DNA from: Candidatus Methanophagales archaeon
Lineage (GTDB): Archaea > Halobacteriota > Syntropharchaeia > Alkanophagales > Methanospirareceae
Reading direction: 5' to 3'
DNA length: 47,115 bases
NCBI GenBank assembly: GCA_023131215.1
Contig: JAGLZV010000097.1
Location: forward strand, 1 to 47,115
Shown here: positions 16,563-25,517 of the stretch, one piece after another
Layout: each line of letters opens with the position of its first letter
How positions within the stretch are numbered: the first letter of the stretch is position 1
The notes under the pieces: model-generated
Databases searched by the model: none
The model's input: the letters and a program-made list of their open reading frames with translations, nothing else
What the model was told of the DNA's origin: nothing
Translations under genes and position numbers: made by a program

Positions 16563-19165
16563 ATAACATCTCTCCGTAAATAATCCAAAATGGCTTTTGG
16601 ATTCTCAGTATCGATTATAATCTCCTTTCCTTCATCCGTTTCTTTGATTTGAAATAATTGATTCGGACGTTTTTCTTCTTTTCTAGCACCTCTCTTATAC
16701 CCTATCTCCTCTGCATGTGCCATAAAAATAGGATAGTCGATCTCTTTGGATATTTGACTGAATACCCACCAATCTAAATTTGCTAATTTAATATCATCTT
16801 CATATTTTTTCTTTAATTTATTTAATGAGAGCTTCCTATCATTTTCGTCATAATTATCTTGAACTAATTTCTTCAATTTTTCAATAGATTCTTCTTTCTT
16901 TGAAATTTGATTAATTCTCTCATTTATTAAGTCAACTAATGTCTTCTTTCTCTTCATCATGCCCTTAAAATCCGTCTTATCAAAATTATCTATTAACTCT
17001 CCTAAATATTCTTCTAAAAATTCAAAATAGTTATTCTCGAATTTATCAACAGCCTCAATGTTTTCAAGTCCTTCATCAAATTTATTATATTCTGCCTCAA
17101 ATTCATTTTTATCAAATAGAATTTGAGCGGTTCCTAAGTAGTCCGAAACCCATGTCATTGTTTTATCCTTCAAATTATTTGAAAGTAGGAGTATCCTTAT
17201 CTCTTCCATCAAGTCTTTATATTCTTCAGAGTATTTTTTCCACATCTCATTCCATTCTCTTACTTCATCTTCTGTTTTTTTCTGTGCAAACAAAAGACTC
17301 GTTTTTGTCATCGTATACGGTGCAAATGCTAAATGTGGCATTGATACAACCGCTTTAATCCAGAAATATTTGTAGAGAAACAATCTAATATCTCTGTTTG
17401 ATGTTGTATCAAACACACTTTCGGGTAAAACCACACCTAATCTGCCCTTAGGTTTTAAAAGTTGATACCATCTTTCGATAAACAAATTTTCGATATCTAT
17501 CTCCTTTTCACCTTTTTCTCTTTTTAGTGATTTTGCTATTTTCTCACCCTGAAGGAAACATCCCGGGAACGACTTTGCAGTATCACGGTCAACAGTAATC
17601 CTAAAGGGCGGATTAGACATTACTACATCAAATTGTTCATTCACAGGTTTTTCATAAATCTCATTTTGCTTCTTAATTTGTAATTGAGCTTTTGTATATT
17701 TTTCAAAATCTAGCAAAGCATCTAGTGCTTCAATATTTGCCGAACCATCGCCATGACCAACCATATTTACTTTAGTGGCTGTTGCTAAATCCCTCATTAT
17801 TTCAATTCCATAAACATACTCACGAGCCCAAAAGTTTTGTCTATATTCTGGGAAATTATATCTAATAAATTCCTTGACGGCGTCTGATTTTTTTATTTCA
17901 CCCCCATGAGATAGAATAAATTTTGTTATATACTTCATAGACTCGATTAAAAATGTACCTGAACCGCATGCCGGATCCATAATGAGTGGTAATCGTGTTT
18001 CCGTATTAATCAAATTTAAGGATAGATCCTCAAGATCCAAAGCCCGAATAATAAAATCCACAATATTTGTGTGAGTTAAGTACTGCCCCTTCGTTTGTTT
18101 AAATTCTCCTCTCACTATTCCTTCAAAAAAGTTACCAATAACATCATATCTATTTGTAGTGAAACAAATATCTTGCAAAGTCTCAACTACATATCTTACT
18201 TTAGGGGAGTCAAAAACAATATCCGGTATTTTGCTCAACTCACTTTTGGAAATTCCTAAGTAATTTGAGTCTGTTAAAGGGCCGTCCTCCTTACCGTAAT
18301 ATTTCCGCAGAACAGCTTTGTCCCCCTTATATATTCCATTTATCCTTTCATAAATCCGATCCGAACTTTCCGGTTCCCCATCTTCATTAAAGACTTGGAA
18401 TGCATATGGTTCCCCATCTTCAGTCTCCTTTTCGTCATATATTTTAACTAGAAATAATCCCACTAAATTAAAAAACAGTTCATTTTGATATTTTCCTCCA
18501 CCCCATAATATTTGATGTAAGGCAAGTCTAATTCTTTCTAACTCATCTTTTTTAACGTTTATTCTTAAGTCCGGTGTCCCTTTTTTTACAAATACTGGTT
18601 TTCTTACAATCCCATATTCTTTAGGGATCAACATTAAATTAGGTTTGCCATCATCTTCCCAATCATCATAACTTTTAAATTTAGTATAATCTATAGTAAT
18701 GATCTTTTCCCTTAATTCCCCCTCTTCTTCGTATCTTGTGTAATATATCAAATACTTTAGATTTTTGCCCCCTTTATCTTCAACTGCCGCTACATTGAAT
18801 AACTGTGTTTTAATAGAATCATCCATATCCCGTTCATAATCATCCGGGGATTTTAATTCAAACATCATAAATGGTTTCTTATTCTTTTTCACTATTATGT
18901 CTATTATCGCATCTGTTTTTTTATGAGGATGACCTATTTTATGTCGCTTTTCCATTTCAATTACATCCTTTGAAGCTTGATAATTGAATTTATCAATAAG
19001 TTCTAGATACAAAGCCGCCCTTACTTTTTCCTCAGGGTCTGAAAAATCATCAGTATAACCGATCGCATTATATGTTATCCTTCCGCCCCTTATTGTAACA
19101 TGCCCCTTAGTTTGTCCTTCTCTAATCCATCCCTTTTGTGTTATTTCATATGAAATATCGCTCAT
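16553..19165 (-). CDS. Fused PD-ExK-like nuclease domain + gamma-class N6-adenine DNA methyltransferase + coiled-coil tail
   Basis: N-terminal TDAIIDIIV...FMMFELKSP (D...ExK). MTase motif I DPACGSGTFL and motif IV NPPF. About 270 aa of Lys/Glu-rich C-terminus. Confidence 0.8.
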   Translation of the reverse strand: MSDISYEITQKGWIREGQTKGHVTIRGGRITYNAIGYTDDFSDPEEKVRAALYLELIDKFNYQASKDVIEMEKRHKIGHPHKKTDAIIDIIVKKNKKPFMMFELKSPDDYERDMDDSIKTQLFNVAAVEDKGGKNLKYLIYYTRYEEEGELREKIITIDYTKFKSYDDWEDDGKPNLMLIPKEYGIVRKPVFVKKGTPDLRINVKKDELERIRLALHQILWGGGKYQNELFFNLVGLFLVKIYDEKETEDGEPYAFQVFNEDGEPESSDRIYERINGIYKGDKAVLRKYYGKEDGPLTDSNYLGISKSELSKIPDIVFDSPKVRYVVETLQDICFTTNRYDVIGNFFEGIVRGEFKQTKGQYLTHTNIVDFIIRALDLEDLSLNLINTETRLPLIMDPACGSGTFLIESMKYITKFILSHGGEIKKSDAVKEFIRYNFPEYRQNFWAREYVYGIEIMRDLATATKVNMVGHGDGSANIEALDALLDFEKYTKAQLQIKKQNEIYEKPVNEQFDVVMSNPPFRITVDRDTAKSFPGCFLQGEKIAKSLKREKGEKEIDIENLFIERWYQLLKPKGRLGVVLPESVFDTTSNRDIRLFLYKYFWIKAVVSMPHLAFAPYTMTKTSLLFAQKKTEDEVREWNEMWKKYSEEYKDLMEEIRILLLSNNLKDKTMTWVSDYLGTAQILFDKNEFEAEYNKFDEGLENIEAVDKFENNYFEFLEEYLGELIDNFDKTDFKGMMKRKKTLVDLINERINQISKKEESIEKLKKLVQDNYDENDRKLSLNKLKKKYEDDIKLANLDWWVFSQISKEIDYPIFMAHAEEIGYKRGARKEEKRPNQLFQIKETDEGKEIIIDTENPKAILDYLRRDVIWN

Positions 19166-19174
19166 ATCATCACC

Positions 19175-19879
19175 TCATAAAATATCGAAATTCACACCTC
19201 TTTGTTTTAAGCTCACAAACTTGTTATTTCCAATAATCACGTGATCTAGTAGTTCGATCTCCATTATCTTCGATACATTAACCATCTGCTTAGTCATTTC
19301 AATGTCGTCTTCAGTAGGTTCTGGGTCCCCGGAAGGATGATTATGAGCTAATATGATCGCAACTGCCCTTTTCGAAATAGCGGGATAGAACACTTCCCTT
19401 GGGTGAACCAGATTAGTTGTCAATGTACCTACAGAAATAAGTTCATCATGAATTAGTCTATTGTTTACATCTAAGTAAAGTCCTCTAAAAAATTCCTTTT
19501 TTATTTTCCTCATATCTGATAAATATTCATAAGCATCTTTAGGCGTCTTAATATACACGTCATCTTTCGAATCTCCGAAAAATCTTCGCCCTAATTCTAA
19601 ACAAGAAATTAATTGACCTGCATGAACCTCTCCTAAATTAAATCTATTAATTACCTTTTCTACACGAGTCTGAGAAAGTATAGGTTGTTCGCCATATTCC
19701 GATATTATCCTTTTTGAAATTTCTAAAACGCCTTCCTTTTTTGTACCACGCCCAAAGATTATTGCTAATAGCTCCTGATTTGAAAGAACTTCTGGACCAT
19801 ATTTTTTCAATTTCTCCCGTGGTCTGTCCTCGGGGGGAATATCCATGACTTTTAATCCATATTGAATTTCTTTATTCAA
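19175..19879 (-). CDS. radC: RadC-like JAB/MPN domain protein
   Basis: HNHPSGDPEPTEDD JAMM motif and an N-terminal HhH-like region. TTG start with a GGAGG RBS. 9 nt upstream of the RM gene. Confidence 0.85.
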   Translation of the reverse strand: MNKEIQYGLKVMDIPPEDRPREKLKKYGPEVLSNQELLAIIFGRGTKKEGVLEISKRIISEYGEQPILSQTRVEKVINRFNLGEVHAGQLISCLELGRRFFGDSKDDVYIKTPKDAYEYLSDMRKIKKEFFRGLYLDVNNRLIHDELISVGTLTTNLVHPREVFYPAISKRAVAIILAHNHPSGDPEPTEDDIEMTKQMVNVSKIMEIELLDHVIIGNNKFVSLKQRGVNFDIL

Positions 19880-19907
19880 TTGCTAACCTCCTCAATATCT
19901 TTTAGTC

Positions 19908-20016
19908 TATCTACTATTTAAATATTTCCATCACCAATCTTAGACCGGCTAAGATTTCGCAAAAGATTTTAGTGTATTTGAAAAATGACTTTGGATTTGA
20001 AGATTTAAATCTAAAT
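19908..20016. repeat. Direct repeat copy 1 (about 110 nt) flanking the MNT gene
   Basis: ...CTACTATTTAAA.ATT.CCATCAC...GGCTAAGATTTCGCAAAAGATTTT...GATTTGAAGATTTAA... shared with 20372-20490. Confidence 0.7.
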
Positions 20017-20036
20017 TCTCCTCCAATCCATTATTT

Positions 20037-20330
20037 TCATATATAAATTACCTCCTTAAGAATCCGTTCTTTTAATTCAGGGCGCACATCTTTTTTGGGC
20101 ACAACATCTACCTTAACATCGGTAATCTCTTTCAGGTAATTCTCAAGGCTGACCAGCTTGAGGAGACTGACAGGCTCTTCAAACTCTACAAGTATATCAA
20201 CATCGCTTTTTTCTTGCTGTTCACCCCTGATATAAGAGCCGAAAATTCCTATCTCTCTCACTTTATACTTCTGACTTAACTCCTCTTTATACTTTGCTAA
20301 AACATCCTTTATTTCCTCAAATGTTTTCAT
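20037..20330 (-). CDS. Orphan minimal nucleotidyltransferase (MNT)
   Basis: GIFGSYIRGEQQEKSDVDILVEF. Start placed at MKTFEEIKD, typical for the family. The 13 upstream codons of ORF 20037-20369 are repeat-derived. Confidence 0.75.
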   Translation of the reverse strand: MKTFEEIKDVLAKYKEELSQKYKVREIGIFGSYIRGEQQEKSDVDILVEFEEPVSLLKLVSLENYLKEITDVKVDVVPKKDVRPELKERILKEVIYI

Positions 20331-20371
20331 TCTTTCACCACTACTCAGTGGACTTTTAATCTTATTCATAT

Positions 20372-20490
20372 CTCTATTACTATTTAAACATTCCCATCAC
20401 AATTTTAAATCGGCTAAGATTTCGCAAAAGATTTTCGTGGATTTGAAATTTCGAAATGATTTTGAATTTGAAGATTTAATTTAAATCTAC
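20372..20490. repeat. Direct repeat copy 2 flanking the MNT gene
   Basis: See 19908-20016. Confidence 0.7.
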
Positions 20491-20526
20491 TCGAGGTAAA
20501 ACATTACTTTATAGAAGGTAATTCTC

Positions 20527-21738
20527 ATGGAGATGGACCTCATATTAGCAATAGGATTAATGGTAGTTATCGGTTTTTTTGGTGGATGCGTAGCCAGAAA
20601 GCTGAAGTTTCCGCGAATCACCGGTTATATTCTCATTGGTGTTTTGTTGAGTCCTTCTGTTCTAAACATAATATCAAAGGGAACAGTAGAAAACTTAGAT
20701 ATAATCACTGATATTGCTCTGGGCATTATAGCATATTTAATAGGCGGTAGTCTTCATATAGAATCGTTACGAAAATTAGAGAAAAGCATTGCATGGATAA
20801 CACCTTTTCAAAGTTTGGGTGCATGGTTTATTGTTACAGTCTCAATAGCCTTCTTATGTCCTTTTATCTTAACTATTCCTGAAGCAACTTTCTATCAGAC
20901 TTATTTTCCTATCGCTTTCGTTATAGGTGCGGTATCCTGTGCAACTGCTCCCGCTGCAACTATGGCAATCATCCATGAATATAAAGCGAAAGGCCCATTG
21001 ACGACAACTTTATTGGCTGTCGTTGCACTCGATGATGCAATTGCAATCGGCGCATTTTCCATCGCTTTAGGTATATCCAAACCTTTAGTAAGCGGAATTG
21101 GAAGTGTATCCTTAATTCAAATGCTTGGTATTCCTTTTTTACAAATAGCTGAATCCATCGCAATAGGAATCGTCTTTGCTTTTGCTTTAGTTTATGTATC
21201 AAGGCTTGTAAGAATTCGCGAATTGCTATTAGTAATAATTTTTGGGATGATAATGCTGTGTATTGGAGTTACAAATCTCTTAGGAATATCGGCGATTTTA
21301 GCAAATATGGTCATTGGCTTTATTGTAGTGAACAAAGCAAAAAGGAAAGAAATGTTTCTTGTAGTTGAAGAAATCGAAGATGTAATCTTTGCAATGTTTT
21401 TTGTTCTGGCAGGATTGCATTTCGATTTAAGTGTCATGAAATCTGCTTTTCTATTAGCTTTGTTAATTGTTTTAACCCGGTGCTTCGGCAAATACGCAGG
21501 AACAAGAGCAGGTGCTACAATTTCTCATGCACCAGATACCGTAAAGAATTATCTGGGTCTTGCCTTGTTACCAAAAGCTGGAGTTACAGTGGGTCTAATT
21601 CTTTTAGCAGAGCGTACATTTCCTGCTTTTGGTGCTCTACTGGTGAATGCAGTGATTGCTTCTGTTATCATAAATGAACTTATTGCCCCTCCTTTAGCTA
21701 AATATGCTATTTTCAAGGCTAAAGAATCCGGTACTTAA
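20527..21738 (+). CDS. Monovalent cation:proton antiporter (CPA2/Kef-like) membrane protein
   Basis: 403 aa with about 11-12 TM segments. The N-terminal LKFPRITGYILIGVLLSP pattern is typical of Na+/H+ exchanger-family proteins. Confidence 0.7.
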   Translation: MEMDLILAIGLMVVIGFFGGCVARKLKFPRITGYILIGVLLSPSVLNIISKGTVENLDIITDIALGIIAYLIGGSLHIESLRKLEKSIAWITPFQSLGAWFIVTVSIAFLCPFILTIPEATFYQTYFPIAFVIGAVSCATAPAATMAIIHEYKAKGPLTTTLLAVVALDDAIAIGAFSIALGISKPLVSGIGSVSLIQMLGIPFLQIAESIAIGIVFAFALVYVSRLVRIRELLLVIIFGMIMLCIGVTNLLGISAILANMVIGFIVVNKAKRKEMFLVVEEIEDVIFAMFFVLAGLHFDLSVMKSAFLLALLIVLTRCFGKYAGTRAGATISHAPDTVKNYLGLALLPKAGVTVGLILLAERTFPAFGALLVNAVIASVIINELIAPPLAKYAIFKAKESGT

Positions 21739-21916
21739 AATTAACTTGACATTGTCAGATTAACCGCAGAGTTCACGGAGAACGCAGAGGATGTAGGTTT
21801 AGAGCGGTTACTAATACCTGACAACTAACCCCTAACACCTTATTTTCTCTGTGAACTCAGCGTTCTCTGCGGTAAACTTTAAATGTGACAAAATCAAATT
21901 AAAATTAGAGGATAAT

Positions 21917-22396
21917 ATGGAAGAAACGAAGAAAAACGAAGAACTGTTACAGAAGTTTTATGAGACCGCAGCAGAGGATATAATGGACAAAAGGGTCAGG
22001 GATATTCCAATAATTGATAAAGATGCTGATCTAATAGATGTTTTATCAATACTAAATGTAAGCGACCACGTTTGGGTTGTTGAAAGCAAAGGAAGCAAAA
22101 AATTGGTGGGAATAATAACTGAATACGATGTTCTTCACATCCTTTCACCGAGAAAAAGGATACCTTCTGTGGGTGCCCCGGATAAAAGGTCTTTACCATA
22201 TAGCTCTTTCGAAGAGGCATCTCATCTAATGTCACGAGACCCAATAAAATGCGAGTCAAACGAAAAGGTTGAAAATATTTTAGATGAGATGATAACCCGT
22301 AGGATAAGAAGAATGCCGGTAGTGGAAAACGGAGATATAATAGGTGAAATAACGCTTCACCATTTGATAAGGAAATTGTATGCTCTTATATTATAA
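21917..22396 (+). CDS. CBS-domain pair protein
   Basis: Two CBS motifs (VWVVESKGSKKLVGIITEYDVL; RRMPVVENGDIIGEITLHHLI). Start moved to MEETKK, because the first 22 codons of ORF 21851 lie in a repeat element. Confidence 0.7.
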   Translation: MEETKKNEELLQKFYETAAEDIMDKRVRDIPIIDKDADLIDVLSILNVSDHVWVVESKGSKKLVGIITEYDVLHILSPRKRIPSVGAPDKRSLPYSSFEEASHLMSRDPIKCESNEKVENILDEMITRRIRRMPVVENGDIIGEITLHHLIRKLYALIL

Positions 22397-22399
22397 AAT

Positions 22400-22639
22400 A
22401 TGAAAGTCAGGGAAATATTGAATAAAATCAAGTGGGATGAAAGGATGGACTTTGACCAATTAGAAGTAGTTTATCTGCATCGAGGCGCTCCAGATGATTT
22501 GAAAAAGATTTCTGGGCGAGAAATCGTGCATATAGGAAAATCTTTTCTCAGCCTGAAAGCAGAAGGAGCAGAAATTCCTCACCACCGCATCGTCAAGATT
22601 TTATATGAAGGGGAAGTATTATTTGAAAGGAAAAAATGA
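22400..22639 (+). CDS. DUF504/UPF0248 (MJ1316-like) small protein
   Basis: ILNKIKWDE...VVYLHRGAPDD...IPHHRIVKI pattern. 3 nt after the CBS gene. Confidence 0.55.
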   Translation: MKVREILNKIKWDERMDFDQLEVVYLHRGAPDDLKKISGREIVHIGKSFLSLKAEGAEIPHHRIVKILYEGEVLFERKK

Positions 22640-22668
22640 CGGAAGCTTGCATTTCGTCTAAGGTTCCA

Positions 22669-22721
22669 GCATATACGAAGTTTCGGCGAAGCCGAAACTT
22701 CGTATATGCTGTGTTATACGC
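22669..22721. repeat. Perfect 19-bp-stem hairpin plus GTTATACGC word (member of the island repeat family)
   Basis: GCATATACGAAGTTTCGGC-GAA-GCCGAAACTTCGTATATGC, then TGTGTTATACGC. Confidence 0.75.
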
Positions 22722-22802
22722 TCCGAGCGTAGCGACGAAGTGTCAGACTTCGGGCTACTATTATTGGATGTCATAACTCCATCCAGAAAATAGAATTGTG
22801 CT

Positions 22803-23900
22803 CTATTGTGCAATTATTAACACCTCGTATAATTTATTACCATTCTTACCAGAGTGATTTAGTTTATATGTATACGCTTTCTTTTTAATTTTTACCTTAT
22901 TTTTATATGAATACAAAAGCTCTTTAATAGTTTCTATGGGGGGGTATCCCGGAACGCCATATGAGAGCACGATTATTGAATCTTGAAAGTTGTTAAAGAT
23001 ATTATCAAAATTGGTTACAACAGAATCTTTGTCCCAAAATTGTTTGTTTTTAATTAAAGGTTTATTCTTTTTGGTATAATTTATTTTCTCACCCCAACAA
23101 TAATAATCCATTATTCCTTCAAGAAAATGATACAAATCATAGTAATCTACTGGCGTATGTTGCTTTGACCTGATATAAGGCGGGTCTAAGTACACAAGAT
23201 CGTACCTCCCCCCATTTATTTCTAATATATTCTTACATTTAGCTACGTTACGATGCTTGTTTGAAAATATTTTATTCGAAATCTCATTGGTAAATTTTAT
23301 GAACAATTTATCAAATGGTGTATCCCAAGTCTTTTTATTACCAAAACTTCGTTTAACGTCTGCCAAACGCATATAAAGATTTTTTCTATGAAAAAGATTG
23401 TAGGGTCTCTTGACTAAACACGCTTGGAAAAGAATGTGAAAAGCTATTGCTTGTTTTTTTCTGAGCAAATTCCCATCATATTTTTCAGATAGCATATATA
23501 TATTGTGAATAACTGTATCTAACCATTTATTCTCTTCATCCAAATAATATATCTCCCCAAAGTTTTCCTGGATAAAGGTGTGGTAATCAAAACCGTTTTC
23601 ATGCAGTAAATATTTTATGTCATTTCTATTTAAATTGACCCTATCGTTTTCAATTAGTGCTATACCTGCTTGATAATTTGACAAAAGGACATCGTTAAAA
23701 GTGACTTTTTTCCCCATCCTCTTAAAAAGATAACTAACACTTCCAGTTCCTCCAAAACCGTCTAATACCGTGTCGAAGTCTAACTTTCTAAGGTTTTCAT
23801 ATATCCAAGGAGATATCTGTCTTTTGCTCCCTTGGTATCTGGTTGATGGTAACATTGATCTTATTTTCTCTTCCGAGATTTCTAGACCCATTTGTATCAC
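22803..23900 (-). CDS. Alpha-class (Dam-like, D12) N6-adenine DNA methyltransferase
   Basis: RYQGSKRQI, FGGTGSVS (motif I) and YLDPPY (motif IV), in alpha-class order. Confidence 0.8.
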   Translation of the reverse strand: MIQMGLEISEEKIRSMLPSTRYQGSKRQISPWIYENLRKLDFDTVLDGFGGTGSVSYLFKRMGKKVTFNDVLLSNYQAGIALIENDRVNLNRNDIKYLLHENGFDYHTFIQENFGEIYYLDEENKWLDTVIHNIYMLSEKYDGNLLRKKQAIAFHILFQACLVKRPYNLFHRKNLYMRLADVKRSFGNKKTWDTPFDKLFIKFTNEISNKIFSNKHRNVAKCKNILEINGGRYDLVYLDPPYIRSKQHTPVDYYDLYHFLEGIMDYYCWGEKINYTKKNKPLIKNKQFWDKDSVVTNFDNIFNNFQDSIIVLSYGVPGYPPIETIKELLYSYKNKVKIKKKAYTYKLNHSGKNGNKLYEVLIIAQ

Positions 23901-23912
23901 TTATTATGTGAA

Positions 23913-25517
23913 CTACCCACCAGTCTTTAGATAGTGATTTTTAAGGCTGATAAATTCGGCATATACCTTCGATGCCCAATCATTGGATAATTCTTCTCCC
24001 ATTTTTTTGCTAAGCTCATGAGATATTAAAGTGGGTGTTGGTAGCAGAGTGCATATCGGCTCCTCTAAACCCCATAAGTGCTCTTCATCAACATCAAATG
24101 ACGCCAATCTTAATGCTGAGAGAATCTTTATGATATCTTGCTTTACGTTCTCTCCGCTATCATAATAAACAAATTCATATCTCGGGAAATAGAACTCGGA
24201 TGTGCTTGAATGACCTGCGAAAAACATAGCAACTTTGTACTTCAATGCCTCATCTACTATATTTATCGCAGTTAAATTACGACTATGGTAGATATTTTTC
24301 AATGAATTTAAGTCATTAACAACTTGTTTATCTGTTCTTCGGTTAAGATTGGAGGTTGTGTAAAAATCCCTTACTATTGGACAGGTTACGTAAATTTCGT
24401 TAAACGTGGATGCATTAAAATTATCAATATAGAGCATTCTGCGCATAACCTCACTATCAGTTAAAATATGACCTGTTATATTCCAATTTTCATCGCCCAT
24501 TTTTTGTTTTATATACCAATCAACTATTATGCTGTATACCTTAAGATTAGGGTGCTTTGCCATACCGCAAAATGTAATATCCAGCTCCCTTGCTTTTCTA
24601 AGAGTCTTTGTCATTCGATATATTGCCTCCCTCGTTAGCTCTCCATGCCTATTTTGCAGTTTACAATTCATAGCATGATCTTGAGGAAATATTCGCCCAT
24701 CTCGAAAATGGATATCTGGTTTGAGTTTCATCCCTCCATAGGGAAGAATATACGTTTCTTCGACATAGAACTGACTTACATCCATAGCAGATTTTGTAGC
24801 CCACTCATAATCATTTTCATTTAATTCCGTGTAATCCTTAAATCCGACTATGACCCAATCTTCAAAATCTTGCGTATTTTTTGGCACAACTACATAATTC
24901 CAGTCTGATTTATCCGATCCTCTTGTTTTTATAACTCCAGCAGCATTATTTACGACTACTGGTGATGAGAAATTGGGATTGAAAGGCGTAGCCAATTTAA
25001 ATCTGTGTTGACTTGCATCACATGCACTCATCCGTAAGGGGAATTCTTCACCCCATAATTCAATATCGAAGGGAACAGAAATTTTTTCGATGAAATATTC
25101 TCCCAAAACGTTTTCATCGACATGTTCTTTTATCCTATCCCAATGTGGCTCACCGCTGAACATGTCTTTAGAACTTACACCTCGGAATGCCAGATCATCA
25201 ATTTTAATGCCCAACCCTTGAAGAGCTAAATCACTAAGTTGACTCGCCCAAATATATTTTCTTGATCTCTTCTCTTCTTGTATTAATTTAACAAGGTCTT
25301 TTATACATTCAAAGTACAACTTCTTAGGATCTTCTTTCATCAAATTTTCCCTAGCTTCTAATACAACATCTTTTCTTTCCTCAAAATAGCTTGCACTTAC
25401 TAATATCTCAGCTGTTGACCTAATAGATGGCTCCATCCTCCTCTCTGCTTGTGCTCTGGATAAAATCTCCTCAAAAATTACCTTATATCCTTCTTCGTCT
25501 CTTTCCATTTTACACAC
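23913..25517 (-). CDS. NurA-like nuclease with extra N-terminal domain (putative)
   Basis: Ordered motifs ACDASQH, HFRDGRIFP, FCGMAKHP, FYFPRYEF and PTLISHELS parallel the NurA pattern (xDGS, DGSL, GxSK, Rve, AHxxA). 8-nt overlap with the HerA gene. Confidence 0.55.
   Translation of the reverse strand: MCKMERDEEGYKVIFEEILSRAQAERRMEPSIRSTAEILVSASYFEERKDVVLEARENLMKEDPKKLYFECIKDLVKLIQEEKRSRKYIWASQLSDLALQGLGIKIDDLAFRGVSSKDMFSGEPHWDRIKEHVDENVLGEYFIEKISVPFDIELWGEEFPLRMSACDASQHRFKLATPFNPNFSSPVVVNNAAGVIKTRGSDKSDWNYVVVPKNTQDFEDWVIVGFKDYTELNENDYEWATKSAMDVSQFYVEETYILPYGGMKLKPDIHFRDGRIFPQDHAMNCKLQNRHGELTREAIYRMTKTLRKARELDITFCGMAKHPNLKVYSIIVDWYIKQKMGDENWNITGHILTDSEVMRRMLYIDNFNASTFNEIYVTCPIVRDFYTTSNLNRRTDKQVVNDLNSLKNIYHSRNLTAINIVDEALKYKVAMFFAGHSSTSEFYFPRYEFVYYDSGENVKQDIIKILSALRLASFDVDEEHLWGLEEPICTLLPTPTLISHELSKKMGEELSNDWASKVYAEFISLKNHYLKTGG

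Noticed and set aside
19908-20490. Possible CRISPR-like array from repeated units around 20 kb, and heptamer runs at 46 kb
   Set aside because: There are only two long direct repeats, and they flank a gene. The heptamers are contiguous with no spacers. No regular 25-40-nt repeat/spacer periodicity occurs anywhere in the window.
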